A stretch of DNA of 64,000 bases from an uncultured Bacteroidales bacterium (lineage in GTDB: Bacteria > Bacteroidota > Bacteroidia > Bacteroidales > VadinHA17). Under the pieces are notes generated by a model. That model saw nothing but the letters and a program-made list of their open reading frames with translations, had not been told where the DNA came from and made no database searches. Made by a program: the position numbers and the translations under genes. The stretch lies in the NCBI GenBank assembly GCA_963823065.1, contig CAWGJX010000004.1, positions 1,280,139 through 1,344,138 on the forward strand. The letters run 5' to 3'. This document shows positions 57,054-64,000 of this stretch, piece after piece; positions within the stretch are counted from its first letter, which is position 1, and every line of letters begins with the position of its first letter.

Positions 57054-58406
57054 ATGAAAGAGATAGTAATTGCAATTTATGACATTGGCAAAACAAACAA
57101 GAAGATAATTCTCTTCAACGAGGAATTTAAAATTGTTTCTGAGGTTGAGGAGAAATTTGCTGAAACAACTGATGATGATGGTTTTGCCTGTGATGATATT
57201 GAGCATATCGAAAGCTGGATAAAAGAATCTCTTGCACGATTAATCCATTCTGAAAAATATGAGATAAAAGCTGTAAATTTCACAACCTACGGAGCGACTT
57301 TGGTATATCTCGATGAGAATGGAAACAGGCTTACACCTGTTTATAATTATCTTAAGCCCATTGATGATAAGATTCCTGAAAGTCTTTATAAACGATATGG
57401 AGGCAGGGATGAATTTTGCCGGAGGACTGCTTCCCCTGCGCTTGGTATGTTAAATTCAGGAATGCAACCTCTCTGGCTTAAGGCTGTAAAGCCCGATGTA
57501 TTCCGAAAAATTAAACATATACTCCATTTTCCGCAGTATATATCCTACATAATCACCAGGAAAATTTACTCGGAACACACATCAATCGGCTGTCATACTG
57601 CATTATGGGATTTTGATAATATGAACTACCATCCCTGGGTTAAAATTTACGGATTGAACTTGCCTGAACCGGTCCCTGTTGAAACTACTAATGAAATAAT
57701 TATTGAAGGTATAAAACTACGGGTAGGTATTGGGATTCACGACAGCTCATCATCTCTTGCACCTTATTTTACAGGCAGTATCGGGAAATTTATTCTCATT
57801 TCTACAGGTACGTGGTGCATTAATATGAATCCTTTTAACACAGAAAAACTGACTGCAGAGCAGTTGGATAAAGATTGTCTTTGTTACATGAGCATAACAA
57901 GACAGCCGGTAAAATCATCAAGGTTATTCCTGGGATATTTACATGAAACAGCTTTAAAGTTTATTAACGAGCATTTCAGAAAACCTGAGAATTATTATAA
58001 AAAAATCAAGGTTGATGAACAGTTGTCAGAATTCCTAAAGACAAAGTTTGATGATAAAAAAGTTTTCTTTCAAACCGGACCATACGCCCGTGATCTTAAG
58101 GAATACATTGATATGTATGAATTTAGCACATACGAGGAAGCTTATCATCAGTTAATGAATGAATTAGGAGAACTGGTTATAGAATCTGTCAATCTTGTTA
58201 TTCCGGCTAACGACGATATCGAAAACATTTATATTACCGGAGGCTTTTCCAAGAATGATCTTTTCCTTAATTTGATTTCAAGAGCGTATCCTTCAAAATC
58301 TGTCTACACATCAGAAATTGCTAACGGATCGGCGCTTGGAGCTGCACTGGTTGTCTCAGGTTCGAATTCTCCACTAAACCTTGGACTCACAAAGTGCCTT
58401 TTTTGA
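57054..58406 (+). CDS. FGGY-family carbohydrate kinase (probable rhamnulokinase)
   Basis: N-terminal IYDIGKTNKK actin-fold phosphate-1 motif, a C-terminal ITGGFSKN motif, and a position next to rhaA. Confidence 0.7.
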   Translation: MKEIVIAIYDIGKTNKKIILFNEEFKIVSEVEEKFAETTDDDGFACDDIEHIESWIKESLARLIHSEKYEIKAVNFTTYGATLVYLDENGNRLTPVYNYLKPIDDKIPESLYKRYGGRDEFCRRTASPALGMLNSGMQPLWLKAVKPDVFRKIKHILHFPQYISYIITRKIYSEHTSIGCHTALWDFDNMNYHPWVKIYGLNLPEPVPVETTNEIIIEGIKLRVGIGIHDSSSSLAPYFTGSIGKFILISTGTWCINMNPFNTEKLTAEQLDKDCLCYMSITRQPVKSSRLFLGYLHETALKFINEHFRKPENYYKKIKVDEQLSEFLKTKFDDKKVFFQTGPYARDLKEYIDMYEFSTYEEAYHQLMNELGELVIESVNLVIPANDDIENIYITGGFSKNDLFLNLISRAYPSKSVYTSEIANGSALGAALVVSGSNSPLNLGLTKCLF

Positions 58407-58425
58407 TACTTTATGAAGACTAATT

Positions 58426-58929
58426 ATGATTAATAAAATAATTTTCATATTCTTACTGACTTTCATTTATTACTCGTGTAAAAAAACATATGAAACACCC
58501 GATCCTACAGTAGTTATTAATGAGGTGATGCCTATAAACACATCTACAGCTTCAGATCAGAATGGTGAATATGACGACTGGATAGAATTGTTCAATCTTA
58601 CATCGGCCACAATTGATCTCTCGGGGTATTATCTGAGTGATACTAAAAAAGATGTAACAAAATGGAAGTTCCCTCAAAACACTAGTATTGCCTCAAATGG
58701 ATATCTGATTATATGGGCCGATAACGATACACTGGAAACCGGACTACATGCTAATTTTAAATTATCAGCAGCGGGAGAAGAAGCAATACTTTCAAACCCT
58801 AAAAAGACAGTAATCGACAAAGTTACATTTCCGGCTCAAAGCCTTGAACTAACCTATTCAAGGGTTCCTAATGGCACAGGCGATTTTAAGTGGGCGAGTC
58901 CGACTTTTAACAGATCAAATGGTAACTAA
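58426..58929 (+). CDS. Lamin-tail-domain (LTD) lipoprotein
   Basis: Lipobox FIYYSCKK. LTD-like INEVMP...DWIELFNLTSATIDLSGYYLSD. Confidence 0.6.
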   Translation: MINKIIFIFLLTFIYYSCKKTYETPDPTVVINEVMPINTSTASDQNGEYDDWIELFNLTSATIDLSGYYLSDTKKDVTKWKFPQNTSIASNGYLIIWADNDTLETGLHANFKLSAAGEEAILSNPKKTVIDKVTFPAQSLELTYSRVPNGTGDFKWASPTFNRSNGN

Positions 58930-58941
58930 TTAATATAAGAG

Positions 58942-59050
58942 CCCCCTGCCGCTTCACGGCTGCCCCCCTAAAGGGGGGACTAATTCGGTTTATATGATGA
59001 ATTCATTAATATCCAGAGAATTAACCCTCCTTTAGGGGGGCAGGGGGGCA
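58942..59050. repeat. Family-A GC-hairpin repeat, copy A5
   Basis: CCCCCTGCCGCTTCACGGCTGCCCCCCTAAAGGGGGGAC..GATGAATTCATT..CCCTCCTTTAGGGGGGCAGGGGGG. Confidence 0.75.
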
Positions 59051-59056
59051 AAGATT

Positions 59057-60397
59057 TCAGTAGATTCTCTGACCTAAAGCTGCTTTAAGCTTATAAACAC
59101 TTGAAGCGTAATCAATTCTGGCTTTAAGCAACATCAGACTGCTTTCTGAAACAGAAGTATTGGCATCAAGCAAATCGAGGTTGGTAATACTCCCCGATTT
59201 GAAGCTGGTCTCTGCCAGTGAATAAGCTTCTTTTGCCTGCTTAAGCTGAAGTTCTGACTGGCTCACCTTTTGACTGGCGGCACTCATCATTGCTTCTGCT
59301 TCATAAACCTCGTTTGAGATATTTCGTTTTGTAAAATCTGATTCATAGTTTATTGATGATATTGCCGATTGTGCCTGGGAAAGAACATATTTATTTTTCA
59401 TACCATCGAAAAGCGGAACTTTGAGCCCGACCCCTACAACATAATTTGGTGTAAATCTATCAAGATTGGGGAGATATCCGTTTTTTGCACCACCCGATGC
59501 CTGAAGGCTTAGAAATGGTTTGTTTTGCAACTTTGCCATTCCAAACCTCAGTTCGGCCAGCGATGTTTTCTTTTCATTTATCAGAATCTCATCCCTGTTG
59601 TGAAATGCATACGACAATACCGAATCAGAAGGGACAACAGGAGGTTCAATCACAACTTCATTCCGTACAACAGGTATGCTGTTCTGACCATTTCCAAGTA
59701 ACGAATTCAATACGGCCTGTTGTGCTGTCAGACCTGCAACAAGATCAACTTTCTGGCTTTCCACTGTTGAAATCTTTACTTTGGTTGTAAGAATCTGGTA
59801 GTCAGTTGCGGTACCGGTAGCCTGTTGTTTTTCAACATAATTAAGATGTTCTTTTAATGTGGTCAATTGTTCATCTTTTATTTTAATCGCAGCCTGCAGA
59901 TACAGAAGAGCATAAAAATTGCCAACTGTTAAAAGAGACAGTTTTTGCTTTACCTGTTCAAGTGACTGTTCGCCTATTACCTTATTTTCATTTTCAAGTT
60001 CGATGTTCTGATGTGTTCTTCCAAAATCATAAAGAAGCTGTTCATAGTTAATCGAAGCCGCATAATTGTTTCCGGGGTAAAGCTGAAAAGTTCCAAGACC
60101 CGGAAAACTAAGCTTGGTCACAGGAGCAAGATTGGCAAAACTGGCTGTTATATCAAAAACAGGATTATATGCGGTTTTTGCCAACCCTATTCTGGCATCA
60201 GCGTTTTTTAATGCTTCTTCTGCAACCTTAACTGAAGGATATGAAGATATAACCTGTTGGATGACATTTTTGAGTGATAGTGAATCACTCGTTGAAGTTA
60301 GTATGTCAGATGTTTTCTGGCAGTATAAAGTGTTACCGGAAAATATTATTATTATAAAGACAGAAAGAATTGATTTCTTTTTTATTTTATTATTCAT
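59057..60397 (-). CDS. TolC-family outer membrane efflux protein
   Basis: Signal peptide, two TolC repeats, 446 aa. Last gene of the efflux operon. Confidence 0.85.
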   Translation of the reverse strand: MNNKIKKKSILSVFIIIIFSGNTLYCQKTSDILTSTSDSLSLKNVIQQVISSYPSVKVAEEALKNADARIGLAKTAYNPVFDITASFANLAPVTKLSFPGLGTFQLYPGNNYAASINYEQLLYDFGRTHQNIELENENKVIGEQSLEQVKQKLSLLTVGNFYALLYLQAAIKIKDEQLTTLKEHLNYVEKQQATGTATDYQILTTKVKISTVESQKVDLVAGLTAQQAVLNSLLGNGQNSIPVVRNEVVIEPPVVPSDSVLSYAFHNRDEILINEKKTSLAELRFGMAKLQNKPFLSLQASGGAKNGYLPNLDRFTPNYVVGVGLKVPLFDGMKNKYVLSQAQSAISSINYESDFTKRNISNEVYEAEAMMSAASQKVSQSELQLKQAKEAYSLAETSFKSGSITNLDLLDANTSVSESSLMLLKARIDYASSVYKLKAALGQRIY

Positions 60398-62012
60398 TTG
60401 CAGGAAGATTTATATTTTTTATTTTTTTTGTGCGAAGAAAGATTATTGGTATCCCACCGATAAGCGTTATTATGCCTGCCAGCAGGAAATCATCATCTAC
60501 ACCTTGTATAAAAGCTTGTTTGTTAATATTTGAAAGCAGCAATGCCTGGCTTTGTCTTGAAGCATTTGAAGGGGCACTTCCTGCTTCATTTTGCATATGA
60601 TACTTTATTCTGGATGTTGTTTGCTGGAAAATTTCCGATCTCGGATTTATTGCACCACCAAATACCTGGGAATGAAAGTTAACTCTAGTTGTTAACAGAG
60701 TTGCCAGAAGCGCCACACCAAGGCTTCCTCCAAGTTGCCTGATAGAATTTGTTATTGCTGAAGCCTGTGCCATTTTATCCCTGGATATTTCGGAAAGCGA
60801 CACTGTGGTTAATGCCGTAAACATCAGACCCATAGCTAATCCTCTGAGATATAATGACATCATTATGAAATTCAGTTCTGTGAGCCACGATAGTTTCGAA
60901 TTTAGGTAAAAGCTAAAGGCAAATATAACAACACCAATGAATAGCGGAATCTTTGGATTTAACTTATCTGAAATCCTTCCGGAAATAGGGGCGACAATAC
61001 CCTGTATGATTCCTACAGGCAGAAATACAGAACCCGCCTGGAGAGCGGTATATCCGAGGGAATTCTGTAAGTATATTGGAAGTAAAAACGTGCTTCCGAA
61101 CATTCCCAGACTAAAAATCACTAATATAATATTGGCAATTCCAAAATTATGGTTAAGAAGCAGCCTGAGATCTAAAAGTGGCTCTTTAACTGTCAGCTCT
61201 GCGGTTATAAAAACCGCCAGTGCAAGTAAAGCAACTGCTCCATAAGCCAGTATATATGGAGCATGCCAGCCGGCTGAATTGGTGGCAGCATTCCCTTGCG
61301 ACAGAACGTAAAGTGTCAATGGAAGAAAAATCGTAACCGATATGAAACCTATAAGGTCAAATTGCCGGGCCATCTTATTTTTATACTCGCTCTGGATTAT
61401 TATTGTAAACATCATAGCAAGAATACCTATAGGAATATTGACATCAAAAATCAGAGGCCAGCTAAAGCGGTCAATCAGGAATCCCCCGATAAGAGGTCCG
61501 AAGGAGACTGACGCTGCAGCAGAAATACCCCAGAATCCAAGGGCAATTCCCCGTTGTTGCGGAGGAAATTCCCGGCTTATAATTGCCATACCCAGAGGTT
61601 GTATTGTACCTGCTCCCAAGCCTTGAATTACCCTGGCAGCTATCAGCATGTTTTCATCTGATGACCTGCCGCAAAGCATTGATCCTAATGTAAAAAGGAA
61701 TAATCCAATGAAGTATAATTTCTTATACCCGAATTTGTCGGCAAGCCATCCTGATGTGGGGAGGGCAACGGCCATAGCAAGCATATATGCGGTAACCACC
61801 CATTCAATTTTATCAAGCCCTACTCCAAAGGATGCCATTATCTTAGGTAATCCGACATTCACAATAGTCGCATCCAGCACCGCCATGAAAGTACCAAGCA
61901 TAACATTTGCAAGCAGAAACCACTTGTATGACAAATGTTTTGGATGAAATGGTGAATCACCTTTCCTGACAAAATACCTGATCCGGTGAGAGGGTGTTCT
62001 ACGTTTGTCCAT
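60390..62012 (-). CDS. MFS drug/H+ antiporter, DHA2 (EmrB/QacA) family, 14 TMS
   Basis: LPKIMASFG..., GWLADKFGYKKLY (motif A-like), 540 aa. Confidence 0.85.
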   Translation of the reverse strand: MDKRRTPSHRIRYFVRKGDSPFHPKHLSYKWFLLANVMLGTFMAVLDATIVNVGLPKIMASFGVGLDKIEWVVTAYMLAMAVALPTSGWLADKFGYKKLYFIGLFLFTLGSMLCGRSSDENMLIAARVIQGLGAGTIQPLGMAIISREFPPQQRGIALGFWGISAAASVSFGPLIGGFLIDRFSWPLIFDVNIPIGILAMMFTIIIQSEYKNKMARQFDLIGFISVTIFLPLTLYVLSQGNAATNSAGWHAPYILAYGAVALLALAVFITAELTVKEPLLDLRLLLNHNFGIANIILVIFSLGMFGSTFLLPIYLQNSLGYTALQAGSVFLPVGIIQGIVAPISGRISDKLNPKIPLFIGVVIFAFSFYLNSKLSWLTELNFIMMSLYLRGLAMGLMFTALTTVSLSEISRDKMAQASAITNSIRQLGGSLGVALLATLLTTRVNFHSQVFGGAINPRSEIFQQTTSRIKYHMQNEAGSAPSNASRQSQALLLSNINKQAFIQGVDDDFLLAGIITLIGGIPIIFLRTKKIKNINLPANE

Positions 62013-62013
62013 C

Positions 62014-63021
62014 TTATTTCTTGATAATCTTTACAACAGCTGACATACCCGATAAAATATTGAAGGAAGAAAGATCTTTATTATTGTCGGCGCTGTCGAT
62101 TGATATCCTGACGGGTATCCGCTGGGTAACTTTTGTGAAATTGCCTGCGGCATTATTTGCAGGAATCAAAGAAAAAACCGATGCGGTGCTCGATCCGACA
62201 AGGAATACTTTTCCATTGAATTTTGCATCGGGAAATGCGTCAATAGTAAACTTTACTTTCTGTCCTGAATGAATTTCTCCAATCTTAGTCTCCTCAAGAA
62301 AAGCCACAACCCAAAGATTTTTGCTGATTGTGATAGTGAATACTCCCTGGCTTGGCTGAACCACATCACCCGGCATAAGCCATCTTTTTGCAATAACTCC
62401 ATCAGCCGGGGCATAGAGTTTGGTATTCTTCAACTGTGCATCAAGTACTTTTATCTGAGCTCCTGCAGTTTCAACATAAGCAGAAGCGCTCGCGATCATT
62501 GATTTTGAAACTAAAAGCTGCGCTTTTGCTGCATCAAGCTGAGCGGAAGCGGCTTCGAACGTTTTATTCGCATGGTCGAGTTGCTCCTGAGTGATAACCC
62601 CGCCTGCTGATTGACTTTTTGCTCTTGAAAGATCATCATTTGCCCTATCTAGATTTATTTCAAGAACTTTAATTCCTTTCTGATCGGAGCTGTATTTTAT
62701 TTCCGCCTGTTGCAGATTGGCCTGCGACTGAGCTTGCATTGCAATCGATTGGTTTTTTTGGGCAAGAAGATCTGTGCTATCAAGATCGGCAAGCAGCATG
62801 CCCTTTTTTACAACATCTCCTTCATATGCATAAAGATTAGATATTCTTCCCATTATCTTCGATCCTACACTAACGTTATCTGCATCAACATGAGCATCAT
62901 CGGTGGTTATATACATTGAATAATCTTTATACCAAAAGAAAATACCTGCCAGTATAATTAATACAACAATTGCAAGTGGAATGTAGATTTTCAGTCGTTT
63001 TTTGTTCGGTTCTGCTTTCAT
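62014..63021 (-). CDS. HlyD/EmrA-family membrane fusion protein
   Basis: N-terminal transmembrane helix, a coiled-coil (QAQSQANLQQAEIKY...), and a barrel-sandwich lipoyl-like motif. Confidence 0.85.
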   Translation of the reverse strand: MKAEPNKKRLKIYIPLAIVVLIILAGIFFWYKDYSMYITTDDAHVDADNVSVGSKIMGRISNLYAYEGDVVKKGMLLADLDSTDLLAQKNQSIAMQAQSQANLQQAEIKYSSDQKGIKVLEINLDRANDDLSRAKSQSAGGVITQEQLDHANKTFEAASAQLDAAKAQLLVSKSMIASASAYVETAGAQIKVLDAQLKNTKLYAPADGVIAKRWLMPGDVVQPSQGVFTITISKNLWVVAFLEETKIGEIHSGQKVKFTIDAFPDAKFNGKVFLVGSSTASVFSLIPANNAAGNFTKVTQRIPVRISIDSADNNKDLSSFNILSGMSAVVKIIKK

Positions 63022-63066
63022 ATAAATGTTCTGAGTTTAATTATTTAATTTTTTTCAGTGTTCAAA

Positions 63067-63690
63067 TTATTTGTATTTCATTGCTTTAATAAAAACATTT
63101 GTAAAGGATCTTGCTTTTTCAAGCAGGAGCTTATATTCTTCTTCTTCCACAAATAAAGTTTCTTTTTCGTTTATCAACATGATTCTTAATCCTTTTAACA
63201 GATCAAGAAACAGAGAAGCCATCTGATCTGTATCATCTATATGAAATACGCCGTTTCTGATACCTTTATCAAATATTTTTTTTATTATTTCTATCTCTTT
63301 TCCCCTGAATGTGTTGATTGCCTCAACGAAATCAGGTTTAAGACCCGAATATGTTTCTAATCGTAATCTACTAAGATTCAATAGGGTACGAAAGTAAGAA
63401 ATACGGGCATTTACATATTCTAAAAGCAGTTGTTCCGGTTCATGGAAACTGAATATCCTTTCAGAAATTTTAGCAATAAACTCACTCTGTTCCTTTTCAA
63501 CTACTGCCTTGTAAAGAGACTCTTTGTCAGGGAAGTAGTAATACAATGATGCTTTTGACAACTTAAGATCATCAGCAATTTCGCGCATAGAAGTCTTCTC
63601 AATTCCAAATTTTCCGAAGCGCTTTTGTGATGCTTCAATTATCATTTCAAGCTTTTTGCTTTTATAAATACCGGTTTTTGCGAGATTCAT
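63067..63690 (-). CDS. TetR/AcrR family transcriptional regulator
   Basis: HTH region GIEKTSMREIADDLKLSKASLYYYF. The ORF track extends it to 63741, but M at 63690 gives a typical length. Confidence 0.8.
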   Translation of the reverse strand: MNLAKTGIYKSKKLEMIIEASQKRFGKFGIEKTSMREIADDLKLSKASLYYYFPDKESLYKAVVEKEQSEFIAKISERIFSFHEPEQLLLEYVNARISYFRTLLNLSRLRLETYSGLKPDFVEAINTFRGKEIEIIKKIFDKGIRNGVFHIDDTDQMASLFLDLLKGLRIMLINEKETLFVEEEEYKLLLEKARSFTNVFIKAMKYK

Positions 63691-63938
63691 TTGCTTAAAA
63701 AAAGATGCAAATATAACAATCCCTCTGACTAATATGTTCAAAGAGTCAAGTTAAGTTTCAATGTATTTCTGAACATTATATTCGCTTAGCGGCATACCCG
63801 CTCAGAAAGGTCTTTTAAGTGCAAAGTTAAAAATTATTAATCTGAATTATTTCATACTGAGTTTAAGTAAATGTATTTTTGGCTACTACTAACCGGCAGA
63901 AATTAATAATTAAGGTTAACCTCGAAAATTAAAATCAA

Positions 63939-64000
63939 ATGAAAACAGTTAAGCCAATCATTACAATTATTATGTTTTTAGCTTGCGCTGCATCGGCTGA
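63939..64000 (+). CDS. 5' end of a secreted protein gene (truncated by the window edge)
   Basis: ATG at 63939 followed by the signal-peptide-like MKTVKPIITIIMFLACAASA. Confidence 0.4.
   Translation, partial: MKTVKPIITIIMFLACAASA

Noticed and set aside
49425-62919. Numerous 60-140-aa ORFs nested antisense or out of frame in the DMT, GH78, MFS, HlyD and TolC genes
   Set aside because: All lie inside long, well-supported CDSs with recognisable family motifs, and none shows an independent signature.

Overview
AT-rich chromosomal segment with Bacteroidota hallmarks: a moxR-DUF58-batABCDE aerotolerance operon, a cobalamin-riboswitch-controlled TonB receptor / surface propeller / BtuFCD-like locus, a GH78 plus rhamnose catabolism locus, and TAnnTTTG-type promoter boxes. 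I call about 55 protein genes, one tRNA-Arg(UCU) and one cobalamin riboswitch. No rRNA genes, CRISPR array, cas genes or recognisable defence genes are visible. Four genes (yidC, a transglutaminase-like lipoprotein gene, an aconitase-family gene, rhaT) are each split by a single-nucleotide indel. This could be consensus error or real decay. The most unusual content is in the intergenic DNA, which holds several families of nested palindromic elements. (1) An HUH/Y1 (RAYT / IS200-like) gene sits inside a unit with 21-bp terminal inverted repeats and an 8-bp target duplication. That unit is itself inserted in the central hairpin of a MITE-like element, and an uninterrupted 171-bp copy of that element lies at 28.3 kb. 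(2) The 28.3-kb MITE is in turn inserted, with a 9-bp duplication, in the palindrome of a third repeat family that has at least 5 copies. (3) Upstream of a molybdoenzyme operon, a 296-bp near-identical direct duplication copies the 3' end of a lipoprotein gene. It is organised around three copies of a 114-nt two-hairpin repeat, and two of those copies carry a 61-nt hairpin insertion in a hairpin loop. The candidate functional modules I could not assign to a described pathway are listed here. They are a lysine-2,3-aminomutase gene followed by two Ddl-like ATP-grasp ligase genes; a signal-less Mo-bisPGD oxidoreductase with a fused FeS/membrane-anchor subunit and a coupled Cys/Met-family PLP enzyme; an AraC-linked pair of fused LeuC/LeuD-like dehydratases; and a roughly 190-nt GC-rich structured island in a 600-bp AT-rich spacer. 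All functional calls rest on motif recognition by eye. No database search was run.
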